This document shows positions 28,271 through 40,499 of a stretch of 64,000 nt of DNA, one piece after another. The stretch's first letter is position 1; each line of letters opens with the position of its first letter. The notes beneath the pieces are model-generated. The model was given only the letters and a program-made list of their open reading frames with translations, searched no databases and was not told the DNA's origin. Source of the stretch: Octopus vulgaris (Eukaryota); contig OX597819.1 in assembly GCA_951406725.2 (NCBI GenBank), positions 3,348,001-3,412,000 of the forward strand, read 5' to 3'. A program made the translations under genes and the position numbers.

Positions 28271-28428
28271 CGCAGGAGTGGCTGTGTGGTAAGTAGCTTG
28301 CTAACGAACCACATGGTTCCGGGTTCAGTCCCACTGCGTGGCATCTTGGGCAAGTGTCTTTTGCTATAGCCCCGGGCCGACCAATGTGAGTGGATTTGGT
28401 AGACGGAAACTGAAAGAAGCCTGTCGTA

Positions 28429-28489
<61 letters not shown>

Positions 28490-28680
28490 TTGTGTGTCTG
28501 CATTGACAACCGATGCTTGTGTGTTTACGTCCCCGTCACTTAGCGGTTCGGCAAAAGAGACCGATAGAATAAGTATTGGGCTTACAAAGAATAAGTCTCG
28601 GGGTCGATTTGCTCGACTAAAGGCGGTGCTCCTGCATGGCCGCAGTCAAATGACTGAAACAAGTAAAAGAGTAAAAGAGT
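28268..28680 (+). mobile_element. SINE family 2
   Basis: AGGCGCAGGAGTGGCTGTGTGG head, GGTTCAGTCCC B-box-like, CTTGGGCAAGTGTCTT CORE-like, tail AAAAGAGT repeats. Confidence 0.88.
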
Positions 28681-28719
28681 ATATATATATATGCATGAAT
28701 GTATAAGCATATATATATG

Positions 28720-28773
<54 letters not shown>

Positions 28774-29034
28774 GAAAAGAGGTGAGAAAAGGCACTGAAA
28801 GCTGAAATGTTCTTGTATCCAATCGGTTTCACTATTTTAAAGGCAATCATGACTTATAATTAAGAGAGTTGTCATAATTTTGTGATTTCATTATGAAGTG
28901 TGTTTCACGATTTTGCTATTTCATAATTTGATAATTAAACGTTTACAATAAGAAAGGAGATTGAAAATGTTTTTCACGGGTACAGGGAGGTGATAAAGGA
29001 AATATTTCATGTTCTTTATTTAATAATGAGAATG

Positions 29035-29096
<62 letters not shown>

Positions 29097-29301
29097 CCTT
29101 TCTACAATAGGCACAAGATATGAAATTTGGGGTAGGGGGATAGTCGATTACATTGACCCCAGTACTCAACTAGTACTTATTTTATCGATTCCGAAAGGAT
29201 AAAAGGCAAAGTCAACTTCGGCGGAATTTGAACTCAGAACACAAAGACAGGTAAAACATCGCTAAACATTTTGCCCAGCGTGCTGACGATACTGCCAGCT
29301 C

Positions 29302-29361
<60 letters not shown>

Positions 29362-29779
29362 TGATGATGATGATGATGATACCTTCTACTATAGGCACAA
29401 GGCCTGAAATTTTGGGGGAGGAGCCAGTCGATTAGATCGATTCCAGTACGCAATTGGTACTTAATTTATCAACCCCGAAAGGATAAAAGGCAAAGTCGAC
29501 CTCGGCGGAATTTGAACACAAAACATAGCGGCAGAGGAAATACCTATTTCTATTTCTTTACTACCCATAAGGAGCTAAACACAGAAGGGACAAACAAGGA
29601 CAGACAAACGGATTAAGTCGATTACATCGACCCCAGTACGTAACTGGTACTTAATTTATCGACCCCGAAAGGATGAAAGGCAAAGTCGACCTCGGCGGAA
29701 TTTGAACTCAGAACGTAGTGGCAGAGGAAATACCGCTAAGCATTTCGCCCGGCATGCTAACGATTCTCAGCTCACCACC

Positions 29780-29780
<1 letters not shown>
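29097..29780 (-). mobile_element. Cluster of three SINE family 1 units in (AAT)n arrays
   Basis: Units at ~29097-29301, ~29382-29545 and ~29550-29780, with two different tail types. Confidence 0.8.
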
Positions 29781-29819
<39 letters not shown>

Positions 29820-30179
29820 TGATGATGATGATGATGATGATGATAAAATAAATTCATTGTATGTCAACTAATTGATTAACTATGCATCTATTATAATAAT
29901 ACTCTGTCACAACACATGAATGAGAAGGGAAGGGGTAATAGAAGAAAAAGGAAGGAAGGGGTGATGGCAAACTGGTAGTGTGTATGTTTGTGCATGTACA
30001 AGGGAAGTATGTGAATGTTTGTATGTGTGAAGCAGCGTTCTTTCAGTAGTAAACGATGATCGATGTCACATCTCAAAATGCAACCACTAGATAACATTGA
30101 CAAGTGTATTAATTTGATTTACCATCCATATTTATATATAATATACTACAATTATCCGTCATTTTTGCCGGCATGGGGT

Positions 30180-31450
30180 CAGCTATTATAATTATCATTA
30201 ATGTAAATGTCTTACTGACCCACTAATGTTCAGGTGTCCTTCACTACATTGACATAAAGGAAAAGTTTAAACGTTGCTCGGCGATTACTAGCACATGCAT
30301 GTATAGCTAACTAAGAGATATTTGTCTGTAGCCAGAAATCTAATATTGCTGTCTATGCGGTGTCATTTGTTTTCTTGGAATCATTCTAGTCAGTCCTACA
30401 TAATTCCCGCTACATTCTGAACATGTTACATAAATTAGCTTCCGGTCGTATAGATAAAATCATTCTTCACTTGGAAACACTGTCCTTGTTTAAAATAGAA
30501 TTCTAATTCTTGGGAGAAGTTAAAATATATTCCACAGTCTGATCGTCTACACCTCGGGAATGTTGATTCTGTTGTTATTGAATATATAATCTAGCATTTT
30601 AAAATATTCTTTTTAATACTTTTGGTAGTTTTTTAAGGTTTATATTAATATTATGTGTTTTCAGAATTCGAATCACCCTGGCTTCCTCTCTCAGCATCAG
30701 TATATTTTCACAGATAATACTACAGGCTTCGTTGTTTCTAAAATTGTCGGTAGAGACGTATAACACCTTCATTTCAGGTGTAGTGATTTGTTTTAGTTGT
30801 CTTAGTATCCGGACGCAATTGTGTCGGCTCATTGTGGACCATATATATTAAGTATTGTAGGTAATGTCCATTGGTAAGTGAATCCTAAAGTTTATAGGAC
30901 ACACTTATCCATATCTTTTCAGAAAAATTAATTGGAGTATTTCTTCTAGAATGGTTCGGGTTACACGAAATAAAGCGAAGAAATTGTTTCAAGTTTGTAG
31001 GTTTGTAATATATAACTTTCTCTATTTGGTTGTTGACTTACATTATTACTACATATAAAAAATAATAGTTTAAGTAATCTTTAAGAACTTTTTTTTTGGT
31101 TCTTTTCATTAGAGTTTTTGTATTTCCGTAGTGATTCTTCATTCACTGCAATTTCTAAATCTCCGATAAGTAAATTGCCTTAGATTGGAGCTATTTCTGT
31201 CACCATCAAATTCTGAATTTTTGATTGAAAGAGATAATTTCCAACATGAAATAGTTATTTTGTTGAATGAATTGTACAGTATTCAATCCCTAAAATATAT
31301 ATTTAACGCTATACATCTATAAGAAATGATATCTCGAGACGAGCCCTGGACTTTATCAGGCTTTCATGTTACGCTGAGAAATACGTTTTTATCCTCGGCG
31401 ATTAATAAGTGATGGTATGTAAAAGAGATATTTAAAAGTAATCAGAAGCA
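30180..31450 (-). mobile_element. Highly degenerate Penelope-like element
   Basis: Minus strand LIYVTCSECSGNYVGLT (GIY-YIG-like, ~30383-30440), LYVSTDNFRNNEA linker, RT-like remnants near 31200; boundaries approximate. Confidence 0.55.
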
Positions 31451-31576
31451 ATAATGAATTCAAATATCGATTTATCAAAGCTTGGCTACAGCATTGAAAA
31501 CAAAGGCTCTATTTGGATAAATCGTATACCCCTAAAAAGAAATATAAACATGTTAATAAAATAATATAAAATACAT

Positions 31577-31995
31577 AGGCGCAGGAGTGGCTGTGTGGTA
31601 AGTAGCTTGCTTACGAACCACATGGCTCCGGGTTCAGTCCCACTGCGTGGCACCTTGGGAAAGTGTCTTCTGCTATAGCCTCGGGCCGACCAAAGCCTTG
31701 TGAGTGGATTTGGTAGACGGAAACTGAAAGAAGCCCGTCGTATATATGTATATATATATATATGTGTGTGTTTGTGTGTCTGTGTTTGTTCCTCTAGCAT
31801 TGCTTGACAACCGATGCTGGTGTGTTTACATCCCGGTCACTTAGCGGTTCGGCAAAAGACACCGATAGAATAAGTACTGGGCTTACAAAGAATAAGTCCC
31901 GGGGTCGATTTGCTCGACTAAAGGCGGTGTTCCAGCATGGCCACAGTCAAATGACTGAAACAAGTAAAAGAGTAAAAGAGTAAAGAGTAAAGAGT
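31577..31995 (+). mobile_element. SINE family 2
   Basis: Full-length match to the 28268 copy. Confidence 0.88.
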
Positions 31996-32310
31996 ATAGA
32001 TATATATAAGTTAGATAATGAATGGAGACTGATAGAAAGAGAAGGAGAAGTAGGGGTGGAGACAAGAGAGAGAAGGTGAAGGGGAGACATAATAAGATTG
32101 TGTGAATAAGAAAAAGAAACATCGAAGAGCAGACGAGCATAGACCAGGTAAAATAAAATAAGTAAAACGTGTCTGAGTTACGAGGAAAATGGTGATTTGA
32201 AAGACTAGTATTAAAAAAAGCGACAAAAGAGAAAAAAACTTTGAAAAAGTGATCTGTTCCAGAATAAAACAAACAGTTTTATACATCATTACTATATATG
32301 TAGAAAATGT

Positions 32311-32311
32311 A

Positions 32312-32410
<99 letters not shown>

Positions 32411-32467
32411 TTATCTAGTTATCTATCTACCTACCTACCTATCTATCTATTATCTATCATCTATCTA
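32311..32467. repeat. (TATC)n array, left flank of LINE
   Basis: Seen directly. Confidence 0.95.
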
Positions 32468-32685
32468 TTGACGGATGTGATGTCGTTTCAGCTCCGAAGG
32501 TAATCATTTATTTTGACTATTTAAAAGTGTATATTGACAAACATTTTGTGCTTAAAAGTTGTGCAACAACATCCACTGTAAACCTTTGATAAATATCGAC
32601 ACAAAATTTTGCCCCTTGTGGGCAAAATTTAAAAGAAAAAATTCTCATAGCCTTCGTGGTTTCATTTAGCCATTTTATTTCCAAA

Positions 32686-34823
32686 ATGGCCACTGGCCAC
32701 CACGAGGCTGAGCTGCAAGTCAAGCGTGACGCAGAAACAGAAAAACAGGATGCTCTGTTAGCATACGCCGAACCTGACAACTCCACCACCATCAACAGCA
32801 ACAAATACAAAACAAAGGTCGCAAGGCCAAGCACCGTCAACACCATCAGTGTGTCCACCACCACCACCAACACCATGGCAGAATCTGCTACTAAAACTGC
32901 TATCCCTACTAAAGATATCGCCACCAATAACAACACCAACATCACCGCCACCAAAGACCGTGCCGTCAATGCTACTAATACTACCAACACCACCGCCGTC
33001 ACCAAGAACGACAATAACAACAACAACAACAACGACGACGACAACAACAATTCCCTTCAACCACTGCTCACTCCATCACCAACAAGTGAAAAAATAACGA
33101 CGACAAGCAAACGAAATGTCGAAATTTGCCCCAGTGCAGGACTAAAGTACGCAGGCAATTTTCCACCCCTTCCTACTTGCACGATCGAACCAAACACACC
33201 AATTTTACAAACTGCAGCCAACAACAACATCACCACAAGCAACAACAATAACAAAACAACAACAAATTTCGCTGAGGCGATTAAAGAAAAAAAAACAACA
33301 ATATACTTTACGGCTCAACAAATACAGGACACGAACATCAAAATAACAGAATCAGAAGGTATAGTAAAAATAAACATACCAGAAGACATTTTGGAAAATG
33401 AAAAAAGACGAACAATCATTTATAAAATAGTTAACAAAAAAACAAAAATCCCAGAGAAGGCCAACACAAGCAAAATAGAGAAGTGCTTGAAACCCATCTG
33501 GGATCACAAAGAATATGTAACCTGGTGGAACAAGTTGTTTTCTACACCGAAGAGTTAGCTAGACATTTCTCAACGCTAACTCTTCACTCAGATGAACTCC
33601 AACTTACACCAAGCTATCGGGGACAGAAAGTGACTAAGATCACTCTAAACAATGTCCCCAAAATAGCCAATAGTCTATGGCTTGTAAAGGCCTTATGCGT
33701 AAAAATGGCGAATTATACTATTTTGGAAACCACAGTCACAGAGCATAAAAACTGGGTGGGAAAAAAAGTAGAGTTTCTTCTACATATACATCATGAAGAT
33801 ATAAAAAAAATACCCACCCAGATATGTGTATCAGACGACCACAAGTTATATGTGGTCGTCGATGGCAGAAGACCACGTTGCTACATATGCGGCAGTGAGC
33901 AACACCTCAAAAAAGACTGCAAATCTGCCGCAAGAAAACAACAGCAACAACAACAGCAGCCGGAAACAAAAACAAATAAACAAGGTTTACTACCCACACC
34001 ACTTTTTGCAGGAACAAACCTCACCAAACAAACAACCACACCAACTGCAGCACCAAGAACAGAAGCAGCATCACCAACAACAACAACCAAGAATATACCA
34101 ACTCCCAAACCAAGGACATCTGCCAAAAAGACACCCAGCAAAAATGAAGAAACAATTACAACTCCAAATCCCCACAAAATTGAGACCCTAAACAACACAA
34201 CAATACCCACAATCACTCAAACACAAAATACTCAAACCCCACATCCAAAACCGCATACACCACAACCAAACGCTCACCAACCAACACCAACAACAAAACC
34301 AACACAGTCGACAATAGACCCCAATACTTTCCCTCTTCCAGACTCCGATTCGTCTGATCTGTCATTAGACGAAGAAGACACGGAAGATTGGCAAATAGCC
34401 ACAGGGGGGAGAAGAAAAAGGGAAAAAAAAAGAAAAGAAAAAATAACAAACAAAGCGGGAAGATACACCACTCCCGAAACAAAAACATCCACAGAAAACA
34501 CACACATCAACACAAACACACCATCATCAAACCCCCCAAAAATGTTGACAGCCATAAACACAAACAACCACGACCTAATGGAACACATTAGGTCAAACAC
34601 TAACATTACTGAAAACGACATAAAAACAAGTAACCACCCACACACAACACCACCACAACACATTAAAATAATACACGTGACACAGAACACATACAGCACC
34701 CTGAAATCTCTCTACCCTGATGCAGTAGGGAGATTTCAAAAGTACTCATCGAAAAAACTGTATAAAAGCCTCATAGAAGAAGACCGTGAGGTGAAAGACA
34801 AAGAACTTTCGAAAAACAAGTAA
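32686..34823 (+). pseudogene. LINE ORF1 (gag-like, zinc knuckle), one frameshift near 33520-33540
   Basis: Overlapping ORFs 32656-33558 and 33483-34823; CYICGSEQHLKKDC; Thr/Asn/Pro-rich ends. Confidence 0.8.
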
Positions 34824-34865
34824 CCTTTTCTCTCTCCTTTTCCTTTTTTGCACTTTTATCGGAAC

Positions 34866-37800
34866 ATGCTCAGAATAGGTAGTATAAATGTACGTGGCTT
34901 GGGGTCGCCTTGGAAACAAGGCTACCTGTTAAATGACATCAAGTCACTAAATCTGAATATCATAGCCATCAGTGAGACCAGACTCCACAGCTTGCGGGCA
35001 CTCCAGCACATTTTCGGTACACATTTCAACATTTATTTTTCTCCGTGTCTACCGAGAATGGGCGGAGGTGGCACCGTGGTGCTTATCCGGAAGAGTCTGG
35101 ATCTCAAAGTAAGAGCAAATTTCCTAGACCCGGAGGGTAGGCTGGTCGTTTTAGATGTCGATGGCAGCAATGAGTGTGCTTTTCGACTGATAGCAGTTTA
35201 TGCTCCGTCCTTAACAGGCCGACCAGATTTCTTTCGACGTCTAGAGTCTTTCATGGGAACGTCTCGTCCTTTACTTTTAGTGGGGGATTGGAATGCCACC
35301 CTGGACACGCATCTAGACTACGTGGGCAGAGATAGCAATAGAAGGGGATGCAAATGCCTCAAAGACCTGCTCAGACGTTTCCAACTGTCTGACAGGTACC
35401 GACTGGACCACCCGAATGTGCCAATGTGGACATGGAGTAACCGCATCGGGTCGTCCAGATCATACTTAGATAGAGTATTCTGTAGGACAATAGATAAAAA
35501 TAGTGTAGGTTGTCCACAATTTCATATAGTCAGTTACACAGATCACAAGTTTGTGACTTGTACACTTGACTTAGATAAGACACATAGGCAGGGTCCTGGT
35601 TACTGGAAACTGAACGCGTCTTTTACAGCACGACAGGTTTACAGGGACCGGATCAGCACATTAGTTAAGAGAGCTTTGACGGGTACCATCATCAACAACA
35701 GATGGTGGTATGCCCTAAAAAAAGCGATTAAAGCAGAATCAGTCAGATACAGTAGAGCCCTAGCATTGGACCGAAATAGAATAGAGGGAGATTTAGTTGA
35801 GGTTTTAGAAGAGGCACTTGGAACTGGCATCGCGTCCAACGTGCTGGCGGCGAGATTGGCCCTCGACCAACACCTCAACGCCAAACACGAGGGATGCGTT
35901 GTCAGAGCTAGGATGCGTGCTCTGAGGAACGAAGGAGTTGGAGCCGCCCAAGAGGCCCGAGTGGTGGAGACGCAACGAGGCAACAGAGCCACCATCAAGT
36001 CTCTTATAGATGAACAGGGGCGCGAATTGCTCGAGCCTAAAAGGATGTGTGGGGTTTTTCAACAACACTTCACCCAACTGTTTGGGACAAGTGGTGAGTC
36101 AGAAAGCAGAGTGGACTTTAGTGCCTACCTGCATGCCTTGCCACGACTCTCAGCAAGGGAGGTGGAGTCTTGTGAAAAGCCTATCACAGCTGCGGACGTA
36201 CAGGATGCGATGGTAGGCTGCGCGAGAGACAAGTCACCAGGCTTGGATGGTCTGCCCTACGAATTTTATTTTCATATGCCAGACTTGTTTGGAGGCGTCT
36301 TGGCAGTTGTCTACTGCAACTGGCAGCAGAACGGGAGTATTCCTGCTTTTGTAAAGCGAGGAGCAGTGGCACTGATCAAGAAAGACCCAAACAAGGGGGA
36401 CGTCATAGATAATTTCAGGCCCATCACTCTGCTCAACGCAGATTTGAAAATTTTGGCCAAGGTGTTAGCCGAGAGGTTGGCGCTTGTCATCAAGAAACTA
36501 ATCGACAAGGCGCAAACATGCGCCGTGCCAGGTAGAAGTATTCATGACAACCTCCATCTGATGCGCTACATCATAGACAGGGTAGTTAAAAATCCTGGCA
36601 TGGGTGGGGCGCTGATCAATTTGGATCAATCAAAAGCCTTCGATAGGGTAGACCATCACTACTTGGAGGCTGTCCTCAAAGCGGCTGGTTTCGGTCCAGT
36701 TTTCCGCGGTTGGATCGCTGCCTTATACAGCGGCATCCGCTCAGTAGTTCGCGTAAATGGTCATCTATCCAGACCTTTTAACATCATGCGTTCGGTTCGT
36801 CAGGGATGCCCCCTCTCATCGCTGCTGTATGTACTGACTCTTGAGCCACTACTGCGGAAACTGGCGACGCTGAGGGGCATCCCACGAGAGCTGGGATGCG
36901 GGAGGAGCGTGTCTGCATACGCGGATGACGTCACCGTCATAGTGTCGAGCTACGAGCACATCGAGCTGGTCGGCGAGACACTGAAAGAATACGAAGCGGT
37001 AACGGGAGCAAAAATTAACCGGGAAAAGTCAGTGGGCTTGCGGCTCGGCACCTGGAGAAGCAAGCCCATGCCGTCCAACAGCGTCTCCATCGTGGGACGC
37101 TGGACGGACGGACCGGTTAAATTGCTCGGGGTCTGGTTCGGTCCGGACCTCCAAATGGAGAAGAACTGGGGCGAGATAACGACTAGGGTGGCTACTCTCA
37201 CCCAGAAATGGACTGAGAGAAAGCTATCCCTAAAAGGTCGGGCGGAGGTGGCGAACGCGTACATCGCATCCGTCATCGAGTATCGTCTGACCGTCGTGCC
37301 TTGTCCCGACCCTACCATCACCAAACTGGAACGCATACTCTTCCGCTTCTTGTGGAAGGGAAACGTTCCGATGGTTAGGCGATCCATTTGCTGCCAACAC
37401 CCGCTAAATGGAGGGCTGGGCATGCCGTGGTTGATGATGCGCAGACATGCGCTGAGACTGCGACATCTCCGGCGCTTCATAGACAACGGTGAACAGGGGT
37501 GGTCGCCTTTTGTGCGGCGCGCTTTCCCGCAGCTCGTCTCCTTGGACGAACTACAGTCATGGATCAAGCAGAGACCGAGGCTAGGCGAATGGCACCGCGA
37601 GTGTCGCGTTGCTCTCAAGCAACTCTGCCGTCCGGGATCGAACTTGTGCGACTCCATCACAACAAAGGCATTCTATAGAGGATTAGTGGAGGGGAGGTGC
37701 GACGACGAACTCGGGCAGAGTCTGGGCGTCGACGAGGAACACCTGACCCGCCTGTTCAGGACAACTTTCGGGCCGGGACCTATGAACAATCACCAAAGAT

Positions 37801-38303
37801 CCCTGGCCTGGCAGTGCTATCGAGAAGCATTACCTGTTCGGGATAAGCTCTACAGACACGGTTCCAGACACACTGGACCGACTTGCCCGAGATGCGGTCA
37901 GAGCGACGAAACCGTTCTGCACGCACTCGTGCAATGTCCAACCATTTCCGACCTGTGGGCTTATGCCGAACGGCTGCTGTCACGTGTGGGACGAATCCGC
38001 CTATCGGCCGAGTCTATCGTGAGAATTGCTCCGCCCCCTTCCCTCAACCGGGAAGGCAAGGCAGTTTTCATCGTACTGGTGGCCATGGTGAAAGAATGTG
38101 TGTGGTGGACTCGAGCGAAAGGATTAGAGACAAACACTTACCTCTCTGGCCAATCGCTCATCAACTTTTTCAAGTACCACTTGAAAAGGAAGGTGAGAAT
38201 GGAGAGGGAAGTTTTGTCTCGCGAAAGATTCAAAAAAAGATGGGTGAATGTTGCAAAGATGGTGCGTGCTAGTAACGAAACCATTTTGAGCATGATCCTG
38301 TAG
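34866..38303 (+). CDS. LINE ORF2: APE endonuclease, reverse transcriptase, C-terminal CCHC
   Basis: SINVRGL, SETR, GDWNA, LDRVF, TDHK; SPGLDG, FRPITLLN, KAFDRV, RQGCPLS, YADD; CPRC...HALVQC; first ATG at 34866. Confidence 0.95.
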   Translation: MLRIGSINVRGLGSPWKQGYLLNDIKSLNLNIIAISETRLHSLRALQHIFGTHFNIYFSPCLPRMGGGGTVVLIRKSLDLKVRANFLDPEGRLVVLDVDGSNECAFRLIAVYAPSLTGRPDFFRRLESFMGTSRPLLLVGDWNATLDTHLDYVGRDSNRRGCKCLKDLLRRFQLSDRYRLDHPNVPMWTWSNRIGSSRSYLDRVFCRTIDKNSVGCPQFHIVSYTDHKFVTCTLDLDKTHRQGPGYWKLNASFTARQVYRDRISTLVKRALTGTIINNRWWYALKKAIKAESVRYSRALALDRNRIEGDLVEVLEEALGTGIASNVLAARLALDQHLNAKHEGCVVRARMRALRNEGVGAAQEARVVETQRGNRATIKSLIDEQGRELLEPKRMCGVFQQHFTQLFGTSGESESRVDFSAYLHALPRLSAREVESCEKPITAADVQDAMVGCARDKSPGLDGLPYEFYFHMPDLFGGVLAVVYCNWQQNGSIPAFVKRGAVALIKKDPNKGDVIDNFRPITLLNADLKILAKVLAERLALVIKKLIDKAQTCAVPGRSIHDNLHLMRYIIDRVVKNPGMGGALINLDQSKAFDRVDHHYLEAVLKAAGFGPVFRGWIAALYSGIRSVVRVNGHLSRPFNIMRSVRQGCPLSSLLYVLTLEPLLRKLATLRGIPRELGCGRSVSAYADDVTVIVSSYEHIELVGETLKEYEAVTGAKINREKSVGLRLGTWRSKPMPSNSVSIVGRWTDGPVKLLGVWFGPDLQMEKNWGEITTRVATLTQKWTERKLSLKGRAEVANAYIASVIEYRLTVVPCPDPTITKLERILFRFLWKGNVPMVRRSICCQHPLNGGLGMPWLMMRRHALRLRHLRRFIDNGEQGWSPFVRRAFPQLVSLDELQSWIKQRPRLGEWHRECRVALKQLCRPGSNLCDSITTKAFYRGLVEGRCDDELGQSLGVDEEHLTRLFRTTFGPGPMNNHQRSLAWQCYREALPVRDKLYRHGSRHTGPTCPRCGQSDETVLHALVQCPTISDLWAYAERLLSRVGRIRLSAESIVRIAPPPSLNREGKAVFIVLVAMVKECVWWTRAKGLETNTYLSGQSLINFFKYHLKRKVRMEREVLSRERFKKRWVNVAKMVRASNETILSMIL

Positions 38304-38593
38304 ATCGTAAAAAAGAAAGAAAGAGAGCATTTTTGACCTCATGTGTTTATTTCCCCCTGACTGGGGTTCCCGTGGTCTTTTCTGTAGGCTTTTCTTCCCA
38401 CGGATGAACCCAATCTTGTTATATCAATGTTTACATCATTATTTCTGTGATACACGATTTCCTTTTTTTCCTCCTCTCGATCCCTTTTGATCGCAATCTT
38501 ACATTTTTTATTTTTTTCCACCCTCGAAAAGAAAAGCTCTGCATTTGTATTTGTCCCCTCTGTATTCAGCCCTGTGTGGCTAATAAAAGAAAG

Positions 38594-38594
<1 letters not shown>

Positions 38595-38668
<74 letters not shown>

Positions 38669-38709
38669 GTTATCTATCTATCTTTTTGTCTATTTATCTA
38701 TCTATCAAC

Positions 38710-38765
<56 letters not shown>

Positions 38766-38789
38766 TTGTCTATTTATCTATCTATCAAC

Positions 38790-38849
<60 letters not shown>

Positions 38850-38869
38850 TTATCCAGTTATCTATCTAC

Positions 38870-38940
<71 letters not shown>

Positions 38941-38981
38941 GTTATCTATCTATCTTTTTGTCTATTTATCTATCTATCAAC

Positions 38982-39075
<94 letters not shown>

Positions 39076-39130
39076 ATCTATCTATCTGTCTGTCTATCTG
39101 TCTGTCTGCCTGTCTGTCTGTCTGTCTGTC
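38595..39130. repeat. Complex (TATC)n/(TGTC)n array with higher-order variant repeats
   Basis: Variant block TTTTTGTCTATTTATCTATCTATCAACC recurs three times. Confidence 0.95.
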
Positions 39131-40499
39131 GATAAACACTCACGCATACATCTACGTGTATACATTAACACATACATAAATAATATGTTCACGCAGATAG
39201 GGGCGAAACTAATAAAAGAGTATACATATCTATATTTTCATACGTAGATACATACATGTGCACAGGTAAAAACATGCAAACAACCACCGACGTAATTTAT
39301 ACATAATCTTGCGTATCACATAAGCATATATGAATATTGTTCATAAATATATGTATGCACATACGTCCACAGACACAGAGTACATACATATGCATGCACT
39401 TCATGCTCTCGTACCTTCCATATCATATAATTAGATAAATACACAAATATCATCAGATAAATTTTCACAAAATGTTATAACTTAAAAATACATATGAATA
39501 CAGAGACACGCCAACACAAGCACACGAATAACCACACATAAACACGATTGTATTCAATTTGTAAAATAAACGAAAAAAGAAAACGAGATTATATTGCATA
39601 GAGCTTAGAGGATGCAGAATTAGCCACTTGCAGGGAGTAGAGGCAGTGGTTTGTTTAAAGATATAAAACCTTATCTAAAATAAACTTATCTGACATAAAA
39701 TATTGAAAAAAGGAAATCACGAATAAATGAGAATTACTGTATCATAGCACTGCGTTGGAAAAGAAAGAACTGAAACACGAAAAAACCCCCGAAAAAACAC
39801 CACCAACACCACCACCACCACTACCACCAGCAACAACAACAACAACAAAGCAACAACACAAAACTAAACAAACAAAAGTCAATATTATATAACTGGGAGC
39901 CGAACGTTGAAAAAAGGTACAACAACTGAGCTGCAGGAGAACACGAAGAACGATTTAAAAAATTCTTTATCAAGAACAGGAACAAATACAAAAGGTTTTT
40001 TATGGATTTCGAGCATCAAAAAATAGTCAATGAAAAGCAATCAGAAAGCAGAAAATGCGATAAACGGTCACAAAGTTCAATATGCTAGCAGCTATAAAAT
40101 CCAATATATTCCAATTTGCTAGGACAGTTCGAAAAGTTGTAGATTATATCATCCATTAGGTAGTAAATGGGTAGAAAGCAAAAGTCTTGGTGTGTGACTA
40201 CCAGAAATTTAGTAATTCCAATTTTTGGTTCAAAGCAAATTCATTCTGAAAAAACAATTAAGAATTTCTCATCCAAACACAGCTGATGTTTAACAGAAGA
40301 GTAGTAAGAATCATAATACATACATACATACATACATACATACATACATACATACATACATACATACATACATACATACATACATACACAGTACACACAC
40401 ACACACATACTTGCTTGCATATTTGAGAGCAAATTAGTTTATCTTGAAGGTATTCGAACTGAATTCATTCAAGAATCAAATGTACTTGATCGAACTTGT

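Larger units (their letters stand above)
32468..38592 (+). mobile_element. Near full-length L1/Tx1-clade LINE
   Basis: 5' UTR, ORF1 with CCHC knuckle, intact APE-RT-CCHC ORF2, pyrimidine-rich 3' UTR ending AATAAAAGAAA. Confidence 0.93.

Noticed and set aside
33483-33558. Programmed frameshift between the two ORF1 halves
   Set aside because: No clear slippery heptamer at the switch point; an indel or sequencing error is simpler
32517-37983. Antisense and alternate-frame ORFs over the LINE (e.g. 36950-37660, 32517-33050)
   Set aside because: Shadow ORFs of ORF1/ORF2 composition with no independent motifs
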